Source: a bacterium
GTDB lineage: Bacteria; Patescibacteriota; Doudnabacteria; UBA920; VMFF01
DNA: 55,458 nt
NCBI GenBank assembly: GCA_021811585.1
Contig: JAJZOG010000007.1
Coordinates: 1-55,458 of the forward strand
Direction of reading: 5' to 3'
Shown here piece by piece: positions 8,049 through 16,003 of the stretch. A model generated the notes under the pieces. The model did no database searches, was not told the origin of the DNA, and was given only the letters and a program-made list of their open reading frames with translations. Position numbers and translations under genes: made by a program. Each line of letters opens with the position of its first letter. Position 1 is the stretch's first letter.

Positions 8049-8432
8049 TTATTCGCGTTCAATCCTAACTATAACCAAGTATCCGTTATGGTAGTTTTCA
8101 TCATATCCACGAATCATTCTCCACACAGTGTTGGTTAAATTTGATTGGTATTTTTTGAATTCAGCCTTAAACGCTTTTTTGTATTTCCCATAAAGTTCAT
8201 CAGGAAAAACCACTTGTATTGTTGGGAAATCTTTTTCATCTTTTCCCCAATCAACCATTTTTAGAATATTGGCTTTGGGACAAGCAGCAGAAATACGCTG
8301 TGAAATTTCTTTGATAAATCTATCAATTTCAAAGCGGTTATATGCCTTAGGAGAATCCATATCCTTAATATTAAAAAATAAAGCAGGGATATTTACAGGG
8401 AGAATACCTTTATGTTTGCGGGTTTCTTGCAT
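8049..8432 (-). CDS. Hypothetical protein
   Basis: 127-aa ORF. On its strand TATAAT (8444-8439) lies 6 nt upstream of the ATG, so the transcript may be leaderless. Confidence 0.55.
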   Translation of the reverse strand: MQETRKHKGILPVNIPALFFNIKDMDSPKAYNRFEIDRFIKEISQRISAACPKANILKMVDWGKDEKDFPTIQVVFPDELYGKYKKAFKAEFKKYQSNLTNTVWRMIRGYDENYHNGYLVIVRIERE

Positions 8433-8487
8433 ATTTCAATTATACACCCATCCTGGACTTATGTTAGATGTTGCGGTACTGTCTGCT

Positions 8488-8680
8488 TGGCTAAGACAAG
8501 ACAGTGTAATTAACAAAATCAAAGGGTTTTTGAGCCTACCTAGCTGACATTGAGAAAATTAGACAATTTAACTATAATTACATTAACAACTGAATAAATT
8601 CAGTAGCCTAAACCAGGAGAAATTTTGGCATGGCTAAATCCACAGAAATGCGAAGACGGTCACCTGTCTTGTCTTAGCCA
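8488..8680. repeat. Perfect 17-bp inverted repeat pair (8488-8504 and 8664-8680) bracketing a 159-bp segment
   Basis: tggctaagacaagacag at 8488-8504 is the exact reverse complement of ctgtcttgtcttagcca at 8664-8680. Confidence 0.9.
8550..8578 (+). promoter_or_regulatory. Near-consensus sigma70-type promoter facing the gene at 8767
   Basis: TTGAGA (8550-8555), 17-nt spacer, TATAAT (8573-8578). It lies inside the inverted-repeat-bracketed segment. Confidence 0.6.
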
Positions 8681-8766
8681 TTTCTGTGGTCCCTAGCCGA
8701 AAGGTTAGGTGGGGCAAGCGGGTGGCCCTTTTTGATAACTAAAAACCCCGCGGAAAGAAAAATTGT

Positions 8767-9729
8767 ATGAGCGGTTTATTTGTATTCCTGCTCCTAATAT
8801 CAATAGTGTGTCTGGTGCTGGGACTAATTATGCCAGCTTGGTTTAATAAGGTGTTTAGGGGCAGCGCGTCAAGAAAGAAAATTGCCATAACTTTTATAAG
8901 TGCAATAATAGTTTTCTTCGTACTAATAGGGGTAACATCTCCCAAGACAACTATATCTCAGAAACAAGTAATAGACACCACTTCAAAAACAACCGCTAAT
9001 CAGCAAGTGGCTCAATCAACCCCACAGTCTACTAGCAACTCGGTAGCTACAACGTCAGCAAGTTCGGCCATAATTCCGCAGCCAATAAAAACACCGCCAG
9101 CCTCTATTGTCAAAAATATTCCTACACAAATTACTAAACCTAACACAACAACATCATCCAACACTACTACACCTGTCACACAATCGAGTCAGCCTGCTAC
9201 AACACCAACCCCACAGCCTACGCCGGCTCCACCAGCACCTAAATCACCTGCTACTAGTTTTGGTGATGGAAACTATGTTGTGAGTACTGATATTCAACCT
9301 GGCACTTATAGAACTCGTGTCGGATCACCTGGATGCTACTACGCTCGCTTGAGTGGGTTTAGCGGTTCAATGGACGAGATACTGGCGAACAACAATACTG
9401 ATTTTCCAGCAGTAATTACAATACCGTCTTCCGACAAAGGATTTCAAAGTTCTAGTTGTGGAACTTGGACTCAAGACCTCTCTGAAATTACCAGTAGCCA
9501 GACATCTTTTGGTGATGGCATATTTATTGTAGGAACTGATATGCTGCCAGGTACCTATCGTAGTTCAGGTTCCACAGGTTGTTATTATGCCAGAGTGAGC
9601 GGTTTTAGCGGCACCGATGGTGAAATATTGGCTAATGATAATACCGATACTGCAGCTGTCGTAACCATACTCGCTAGTGATAAGGGATTTGTGTCATCCA
9701 ATTGTGGAACGTGGGTTAAAATTGATTAA
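8767..9729 (+). CDS. Membrane-anchored protein with a Thr/Ser/Pro-rich linker and two tandem ~75-aa Cys-containing domains
   Basis: N-terminal TM helices. The repeats are TSFGDGNYVVSTDIQPGTYRTRVGSPGCYYARLSGFSG...SSCGTWTQ and TSFGDGIFIVGTDMLPGTYRSSGSTGCYYARVSGFSG...SNCGTWVK. Confidence 0.75.
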   Translation: MSGLFVFLLLISIVCLVLGLIMPAWFNKVFRGSASRKKIAITFISAIIVFFVLIGVTSPKTTISQKQVIDTTSKTTANQQVAQSTPQSTSNSVATTSASSAIIPQPIKTPPASIVKNIPTQITKPNTTTSSNTTTPVTQSSQPATTPTPQPTPAPPAPKSPATSFGDGNYVVSTDIQPGTYRTRVGSPGCYYARLSGFSGSMDEILANNNTDFPAVITIPSSDKGFQSSSCGTWTQDLSEITSSQTSFGDGIFIVGTDMLPGTYRSSGSTGCYYARVSGFSGTDGEILANDNTDTAAVVTILASDKGFVSSNCGTWVKID

Positions 9730-9761
9730 AAAATAACTGTAAAAAAGATAGAGCAAAAACT

Positions 9762-10202
9762 ATGAATGAAAACAATACAAGTTTAATACAGAGTATTGGT
9801 AGCAGGGGTAGAAAATTGCTAAAAGAAAATATTGGACAAGACGAAAAAATCTTGATTGAGTTGCAGGGTGCCTTTGGGCAGGTTTTAGTAGTTACAGATA
9901 AACGCTTGTACATTATCAAGTGGGGATTTATGGCTGGCAGCACTTTTGGCGGCAGATGTCTGGCATTTGAATTCAAGAATATAACGGGTGTAAAAATCAC
10001 TAAGAATTTTGTAACCGGCGAATTTGAGATTGTTAGCCCTGGTAATCAGGATAATCAAAAAACTTATTGGGGTATGACTAATCGCACTGATGCTAATAAA
10101 GCTGATAATGTGGTGGTTTTCCGCAGAAAGAGCTTTGGGCCTTTCCAGCAGGCTGCCAACTTGGCTAGGGACTTAATTAATCAAGCACATAGTAAGAGTT
10201 GA
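9762..10202 (+). CDS. Hypothetical protein, possibly a bacterial PH-like domain
   Basis: 146-aa ORF. ILIELQGAFGQVLVVTDKRLYIIKWG...VKITKNFVTGEFEIV resembles YokE/bPH-type domains. Confidence 0.5.
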   Translation: MNENNTSLIQSIGSRGRKLLKENIGQDEKILIELQGAFGQVLVVTDKRLYIIKWGFMAGSTFGGRCLAFEFKNITGVKITKNFVTGEFEIVSPGNQDNQKTYWGMTNRTDANKADNVVVFRRKSFGPFQQAANLARDLINQAHSKS

Positions 10203-10409
10203 TTTGTCAATTTTCTCTGAGTAAAAAGTATTAATTTTTTAGAAGAACACGGCTATCGTCCGTGTCCTTCGCTCCCAATTTAATGTAGACATTTTGAAAA
10301 CTAAACATGTCTCATGTTAGCACTTTTTGAATATTGTATAAGGCTAAAATGAGGAATTTTCAAGGGGTTTTATAGGTCTGGACAGGGCAGGCGGATTGCG
10401 TCATTCATT

Positions 10410-10793
10410 GTGTTACCTGGGGCAAAAGAGCTTCTAGGTAGAAAGGAATATATGAATGAGGTAATGAACGCTGGACTTATGCAGGCTGCTCCTGTGCAGG
10501 GGGTGCATGGGGAGTTGTCTCGTTTGAATTCTGAGTATCCCGGAGAAACGATTCCTTGGAATGGAAATGACGTTTTAACTATTTCGATGCAGGAATATGA
10601 ACGGGCGGTAGAAACTCTTCTGCATTTAAAAGATGTCTTTGCGTTGCCGCAAGACTTGGAACATATACACTGGCAGAGTGTGAATAGAAACTCTTTTTCA
10701 CCAGATTTTGTTACTCGTGTTAATCATACCTTGGTCAATGTTTCAAATCTGGGTCCGTTTTTTTTCCAACCGGGACTCGAACCTGAAAAATAA
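10410..10793 (+). CDS. Hypothetical protein (start uncertain; first ATG at 10452)
   Basis: ORF track only; no recognisable motifs. Confidence 0.4.
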   Translation: MLPGAKELLGRKEYMNEVMNAGLMQAAPVQGVHGELSRLNSEYPGETIPWNGNDVLTISMQEYERAVETLLHLKDVFALPQDLEHIHWQSVNRNSFSPDFVTRVNHTLVNVSNLGPFFFQPGLEPEK

Positions 10794-10923
10794 GGAAAAA
10801 TTCACAAACAGATCCTGAGCAATATAAAATCCACAAACCTAGTTTTGTGGATTTTATATCTGACCTCAATGTTTATGGGTACTTTTGCGTACAGCACCTG
10901 GGTCAGGTTGAACGTGTTGAATT

Positions 10924-10998
10924 TGGCTCGAGAGGTGGGATTCGAACCCACAACCAACCGGTTAACAGCCGGTTGCTCTACCGTTGAGCTACTCTCGA
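10924..10998 (-). tRNA. tRNA-Asn (anticodon GTT), CCA encoded
   Basis: The reverse complement is TCGAGAG-TA-GCTC-AACGGTA-GAGC-A-ACCGG-CTGTTAA-CCGGT-TGGTT-GTGGG-TTCGAAT-CCCAC-CTCTCGA-G-CCA. This is a 75-nt full cloverleaf. Confidence 0.95.
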
Positions 10999-11060
10999 AT
11001 ATTTTTTGTTGGGAATCACGCGCGTTGAAATGCGTTGTGAAATCCTCAAACTGCGTACAT

Positions 11061-11089
11061 ATTATTGCATTTTTAGGTGGTTGGGTCAA
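11061..11089 (-). promoter_or_regulatory. Candidate promoter for tRNA-Asn
   Basis: The minus strand reads TTGACC, 17 nt, AATAAT, about 60 nt upstream of the tRNA 5' end. Confidence 0.4.
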
Positions 11090-11180
11090 CTTTTTGACTC
11101 TGAATCCAACCTTTAAATACAACGTTTACGCGGCGGATGCGATGGGAAGTGAAGCTCTGCGGCCCGATATAATATCCGTG

Positions 11181-11882
11181 CTACTGAGGTGATAATCCAC
11201 GCCGCGGATGTGATAGCCAAAAAATCTCCCCATTTTTAAAGGCATCGGTTTGAACCGATGCCTTTGCGGCCGGAAGATGATCATCCGGTTGCTTATATTG
11301 TTTGATGCGGCCAAGGTGGCCGCAGGTTTTGATGTATTCTATGACAAATATAATCCCATTCAAGGGATTTTCACAGCTGCGCATGATTAGCGCGGCTGGG
11401 ATTATTTTTTGCCGGGCTGCATTTGCACTCGCCCGCGCGCCTGCGGTTGCATTGCGGCAAAAAATCTCTATTCGCAATTTTCCCCAGCCAAACGGCCGGA
11501 TAACAACGCGCCAATGGCGTTTCTGTTGTTTGTCCGCGTTTTTTTTCGCCCAATCCATAATTCCAATGCCAATTATGGATTCATATTGCATGTATTCTGT
11601 ATCCGGCACAGCAACTAGATCCACTTGCAAGGAAAATGATTTTTTTGTGGTTGTTTTTTCCGTGTTTGGTGAGTTAGTGGCGCCGGGTGGAATTGTGATG
11701 CGAGGCGAAGATGCAATCCCGGGTGGAATTGCGATGCCAAGCCAAGATGCTATGCCAGGCAGAATTGTGTCTGGCCCTGGCGTTGTGTTGTGAGCAGGAC
11801 GAGCGGTTTTTGTGAAGGCGCCTCTCGCCAGAAAAAATCCCAGAGCAGATACGAACATAGCCAGAACGCATGCCTTTTTCAT
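11181..11882 (-). CDS. Secreted hypothetical protein
   Basis: SD GGAGGA lies 4 nt before the ATG at 11882. Signal-peptide-like MKKACVLAMFVSALGFFLARG, with a PPGIAS-type short repeat. The tracked ORF extends to 11918. Confidence 0.6.
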   Translation of the reverse strand: MKKACVLAMFVSALGFFLARGAFTKTARPAHNTTPGPDTILPGIASWLGIAIPPGIASSPRITIPPGATNSPNTEKTTTKKSFSLQVDLVAVPDTEYMQYESIIGIGIMDWAKKNADKQQKRHWRVVIRPFGWGKLRIEIFCRNATAGARASANAARQKIIPAALIMRSCENPLNGIIFVIEYIKTCGHLGRIKQYKQPDDHLPAAKASVQTDAFKNGEIFWLSHPRRGLSPQ

Positions 11883-12006
11883 TCCATCCTCCTGTCTTTT
11901 CTTTTTTCGTAACTGCAATACTGAAAACTATAGCACTGAATTTTATTTCGTGCAAACCGCGTAGGTTTGATATACTTGGTATTGGGGATTATTTTCAGGA
12001 GGACTT

Positions 12007-12540
12007 ATGTCGCATTTTGACGCCGGCCGCGCAGCTTGGTTGCATTTGTCTGCTGGGCTCATGCCCTGGTTGCATTTGTCCGCGGGACCCATGGCTCAAC
12101 TGTATTTGAATGCGGTCCGCGCGGGTGCCGTGATTTCTGCGGTAAAAGTGCAGATTGTGTTTGTATTTTTGCTGGCGCTGACAGCTTATTTTATGATTAA
12201 GCTTGTGGCTTCAGCCAAAAAAATTCCGGCGCGCGGATTGTCCGGGCGTGGATGCGCTATTCGCGAGCATAAAAAATATGCGGCAGGCGCGATGTATTCC
12301 ATTACCGGGTTGATTGGAATCGTTGAGAGCATTCGGATCGCGGGACTTTTGCGCGTGCAAGGCGGGCTGCTCCTGGATCTGCATCTTGCCTTCGCGTTCG
12401 GTTTTACGGCATGCTTTTTTGCTGCCGGATGGTATAACGGCATTTGGTTCCCGGCGCGGCATGTAAATTTAGGCCGCATCGCTTACAAGTTGTTTGCGGT
12501 TGTTGCGGCTTTAGGTTTGATATTGCTTGTGCGCATGTAG
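12007..12540 (+). CDS. Multi-pass membrane protein, hypothetical
   Basis: SD aggagg lies 5 nt upstream of the ATG. Several hydrophobic helices are present. Confidence 0.6.
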   Translation: MSHFDAGRAAWLHLSAGLMPWLHLSAGPMAQLYLNAVRAGAVISAVKVQIVFVFLLALTAYFMIKLVASAKKIPARGLSGRGCAIREHKKYAAGAMYSITGLIGIVESIRIAGLLRVQGGLLLDLHLAFAFGFTACFFAAGWYNGIWFPARHVNLGRIAYKLFAVVAALGLILLVRM

Positions 12541-12711
12541 GGCATTTTGCGCAAGTGTTCGCTGCATATAGAAGATCTTGCATAAGTGTGCGCCGCATAT
12601 AGGAAGATTTTGCGCGGGGCTCGGCAGTATTTTTGCCAGGGCCTCTTTTTTATTTCGCCAGTATCAGATTTTTATTTCGAACACCAGGCCCTCTTTTTAT
12701 TTCGAAATTTT

Positions 12712-13296
12712 TTAGATTAAAACAATAATCCAAACTGCCAACAAAATTATCTCCAATATGAGAACGGGCATGGCCTTTTCCGCATAGTGGTGTAGGAAAT
12801 TTTTCCAGTAGCCAAAAAATCTTTTACCGCTGATTTCTTCTTTTACCCCGGGCTCTTTAAGCGCGTAAAAATTTTTGCGGAAAGGCCAAAGCCATTTCAC
12901 ACCTCCTTTAATTGAATCCAGGGCAAAATGGCTCCAGGGTGCAATCCAGACAATTAGTCCGATGTATTTCCAAAATTCTGCGAGTGTCGCGGCGTTTGCA
13001 TTTTGGGTTTGGCTACGGCCGAAAACCGCGGCAGCCGCATAAATTATTATGCCTGCGCAAAACCATAGAAACGGCCTGTGGGTGGGGAAGCGCCTGTGAT
13101 TGATTTGTGTGCCGGGGATTGTGAAGCCGTGCGCCTGGGCAAACGCTACGAACATATCCAAATCCGGCGCAAAGCCAAAAGCCGCGCCGATCCACGGCAG
13201 GGCGCGGAGTTCGTTTGCCGGCAAATTCGGCTTGCCGATTTTTATAAGCAAATCAGCTGTTAAATATCCAGCTGCAATGTGTCCCGGAGGCAGCAT
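12712..13296 (-). CDS. YdjM-like (DUF457) membrane-bound metal-dependent hydrolase
   Basis: MLPPGHIAAGYL...PDLDMF...HRRFPTHRP...WSHFALDS follows the pattern of the YdjM family. Confidence 0.6.
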   Translation of the reverse strand: MLPPGHIAAGYLTADLLIKIGKPNLPANELRALPWIGAAFGFAPDLDMFVAFAQAHGFTIPGTQINHRRFPTHRPFLWFCAGIIIYAAAAVFGRSQTQNANAATLAEFWKYIGLIVWIAPWSHFALDSIKGGVKWLWPFRKNFYALKEPGVKEEISGKRFFGYWKNFLHHYAEKAMPVLILEIILLAVWIIVLI

Positions 13297-13340
13297 ATGT
13301 TTTTACGGGTTTTTTTATGGGTCCCCCCAAACCTAAAAAT

Positions 13341-13393
13341 GGGTCCAACCCAAACCCCCAACCTAAACCCCTAATCTAAATCCCCAATCTAAA
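13341..13393 (+). repeat. Solo arm (C-rich orientation) of the G-tract palindromic element; inverted partner at 15951-16003
   Basis: gggtccaacccaaacccccaacctaaacccctaatctaaatccccaatctaaa matches the reverse complement of 15951-16003 at 51/53 positions. Confidence 0.9.
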
Positions 13394-13701
13394 TCTGGAG
13401 TTTTTGGGAGAATGGTTGCATTTAATAATAATTTAATTTTTGTAGGGCAATTTCAATTTTACTTTATGATCCGTCAATTTTCAAGGAATTCCTAGGGAAT
13501 TTTTATCAAAATCAACTGAAACGCGCGCGAGTTTTGTACGTTATATGAGGTGTAAGGCCGGGAAAAGAGGCGGAATTAATCATATGTTAATTTTTTCCGC
13601 GCATCCGGAGGATCCGGCCTTCTTTGGGTTAAATTCTTTGGTCGGCTTTTAGCCCAATCCTGCCACGTTTGCGCCTGCTAATGCTCGGCGAGGTGCAGCG
13701 G

Positions 13702-13727
13702 AAACGCCCCGATAGCGGGGCGTTTTT
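13702..13727 (+). terminator. Intrinsic terminator-like hairpin
   Basis: aaacgcccc-gatagc-ggggcgttttt. Confidence 0.6.
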
Positions 13728-13863
13728 AAATTGTTTTTAAATTCTAGCTGGTTTGAGCCGCGCTTATCTGCGTTTGCCGTGTTTTAATTATGCTTTTTTG
13801 CCGCATTTTTTCCCGTGTTTTCAGGACTGTCCGTTTCCCGGGTTTTCCTGCTACACTATATAT

Positions 13864-15219
13864 ATGATAGAGGAAATTGGAAATCTTCCCGGATATGAAC
13901 TTTTGGACAGCGGGCTTTTTAGTTTTGCGGGTGGTTTTGCGGGTGGTGGATCGAAGGGTGCGCTAAAAGGCGCATCGGAATCGAAAAGATTGGATGAAGT
14001 GAAAAGTGTTTCAGCCGCACCGGGCGCGGTGTCGAATAGCGCATCAAAAAAATTTGATTCAGTGCAGGATGCGGATGCCGAAGGATATCGCCTGGAGCGC
14101 TTCGGTGATTTTATTTTGGCGCGGCCCGATCCTGCTGCAATTTGGGAAAAAGAATTGCCGCAAAGCGAATGGGAAAAAGCGGATGCGTTTTTTGCGCGCG
14201 CAAAAAACGCGGCAAATTTCGCGCCGGAGGTTTCAGCGTCCAACGGCGCGGCTTCGGATGCGACTAAAGGCAAATGGATCCTCAAAAGAGAAATCCCCGA
14301 GCAGTGGCTCCTGCATTTTCTCACCGGCACGCCGCTGGAAATTTCTTTTTATGCGCGCCTGGCTCCTTTTAAGCATACGGGAATTTTCCCCGAGCAATCC
14401 GCGAATTGGAATTTTATAGTTGAGCAAGCGAAACGGATCGAGAGCAGGAAACAGATGGCCCGCCAAAATTTTGCAGAAGATTCATTGGAAAATTCATTGG
14501 AAGATTCATCGAAAAATGCTTCGGAAAATCCGCTGAAAAATTCCGCACAAAATTCCGCAAAAAATTCATCGGAAAATCCATCTAAAACTTCATTCGAAAA
14601 TTTCAAGGTGCTTTCTCTTTTTGGGTACACCGGGATCGCAAGCGCGCTTTGCGCAAAAATCGGCTGGGAGGTGACGCACGTGGATGCTTCGCGGCCTTCA
14701 ATTTCTTGGGCAAAAGAAAACATGCTGGCCTCCGGATTGCCCGGCGATTCCATCCGCTGGATCTTGGAAGACGCTTTGAAATTTGTTAAGCGCGAGGCGC
14801 GCCGCGGTGCGAAATACAATGCTTTCATTTTGGATCCGCCTGCTTTTGGGCGCGGTGCAAAAGGCGAGGTTTGGAAATTTAACGAGGATTTGCCAAAACT
14901 CATGTTCGCTTTGCGCGAAATTTCGGCGCCGCCCGAGGAGTTTGAATTCGCAATTGTAAATGCTTACGCGGTTTCAGCGCCATCGCTTCTGTTAAAAAAT
15001 TTATTGGATGATTTTGCGCGGGGGATTGGGCTCGAAGTTGGCGCTGATCAAAGTACAATCTCAAATCACAATGCCGCCTTTTTGGACACCGCCGCCCTCG
15101 CCAATACCGTCGAAGCAAAGAAAGCGGTTATTGATTACGGCGAACTTATTTTGCGGCAAAGCTCAAACCCAAAACGTTTGCTTTCCACCGGGAATTTCGG
15201 AAGACTTTATACGCATTAG
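13864..15219 (+). CDS. Class I SAM-dependent methyltransferase (RlmI/YwbD-like, PF10672-type) with low-complexity inserts
   Basis: VLSLFGYTGIASALCAKIG...THVDAS...FILDPPAFGRGAKGEVWKF. The likely start is the ATG at 13864 (MIEEIGNLPGYELLDSG); the tracked ORF starts at 13753. Confidence 0.75.
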   Translation: MIEEIGNLPGYELLDSGLFSFAGGFAGGGSKGALKGASESKRLDEVKSVSAAPGAVSNSASKKFDSVQDADAEGYRLERFGDFILARPDPAAIWEKELPQSEWEKADAFFARAKNAANFAPEVSASNGAASDATKGKWILKREIPEQWLLHFLTGTPLEISFYARLAPFKHTGIFPEQSANWNFIVEQAKRIESRKQMARQNFAEDSLENSLEDSSKNASENPLKNSAQNSAKNSSENPSKTSFENFKVLSLFGYTGIASALCAKIGWEVTHVDASRPSISWAKENMLASGLPGDSIRWILEDALKFVKREARRGAKYNAFILDPPAFGRGAKGEVWKFNEDLPKLMFALREISAPPEEFEFAIVNAYAVSAPSLLLKNLLDDFARGIGLEVGADQSTISNHNAAFLDTAALANTVEAKKAVIDYGELILRQSSNPKRLLSTGNFGRLYTH

Positions 15220-15242
15220 TTTCGCCGGCAAAATACAAAAAC

Positions 15243-15887
15243 GTGGAGAAATTCCTAACATTATATAGAGAGGCAATTAAAAATCGCGGCTTATTTTTTT
15301 TGGCTTTGTCGGGTGGAAAGACGCCGAGAAAATTTTATGCCAAACTTGCGGAGCTCCCGGAAAGGGAAATAGATTGGTCCAAGGTGCATTTTTTTTGGAG
15401 CGATGAGCGCATGGTTGCGCACGACAACGCGGAAAGCAATTTTAGAATGGCTTATGATTCGCTGATTTCAAAAATAAAAATTCCGGTTGAAAATATTCAC
15501 GCGGTGCGTACTGATTTGCCGCCGCGAGCCGCTGCCGTGGAATATGAAAATGAAATAAAAAAGATTTTGGGATCCGTGAATTTTGATTTAATTTTGCTTG
15601 GAATTGGGCCGGATGGCCATACGGCTTCTTTGTTTCCGGCAACGAAAGCGCTTAATAAAAAGTTAATATTTGTCGCGAATAATTTTGTCCCAAAATTGAA
15701 CGCCTGGCGCATAACTTTTACTTTTCCGTTGATTAATGCCAGCCGGTGTGTGATGTTTGTGGTGGATGAATCTGATCCTCAAAAGGCCGAAATAACGGCT
15801 AAGATTAAAAAAGGGCCGGACCCGAATTTACCCGCATCCCTTGTAAAAACAGCTGATATTGAATGGTTGGATGTCTCGAAATTATAA
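15243..15887 (+). CDS. pgl: 6-phosphogluconolactonase
   Basis: FLALSGGKTPRKFY, HFFWSDERMV and LILLGIGPDGHTASLFP are the family motifs. Confidence 0.85.
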   Translation: MEKFLTLYREAIKNRGLFFLALSGGKTPRKFYAKLAELPEREIDWSKVHFFWSDERMVAHDNAESNFRMAYDSLISKIKIPVENIHAVRTDLPPRAAAVEYENEIKKILGSVNFDLILLGIGPDGHTASLFPATKALNKKLIFVANNFVPKLNAWRITFTFPLINASRCVMFVVDESDPQKAEITAKIKKGPDPNLPASLVKTADIEWLDVSKL

Positions 15888-15950
15888 ATTCGGTTGGCTC
15901 AGAAATTTTTTGCAAACTCAAAATCGCTTCCCGGCGATTTTTTAGATTGG

Positions 15951-16003
15951 GGGTTTGGATTAGGGGTTTAGGTTGGGGGTTTGGGTTGGACCCGTTTAAT
16001 AAA
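15951..16003 (+). repeat. Solo arm (G-rich orientation) of the G-tract palindromic element
   Basis: tttagattgggggtttggattaggggtttaggttgggggtttgggttggaccc. Confidence 0.9.

Larger units (their letters stand above)
1..10923. mobile_element. Putative integrated phage-derived/satellite-like island abutting the 3' end of tRNA-Asn (left end outside the window)
   Basis: G+C is visibly lower than in 11-27 kb. It carries a large serine recombinase, TerS/TerL, a DNA methylase, three nuclease-like genes and a DGR. No capsid, portal or tail genes are present. Confidence 0.45.

Noticed and set aside
11302-11793. Plus-strand 163-aa ORF opposite the 11181..11882 gene
   Set aside because: The minus-strand ORF has a strong SD and a signal peptide. 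The plus-strand ORF is Cys/Arg/Phe-rich with no start context.
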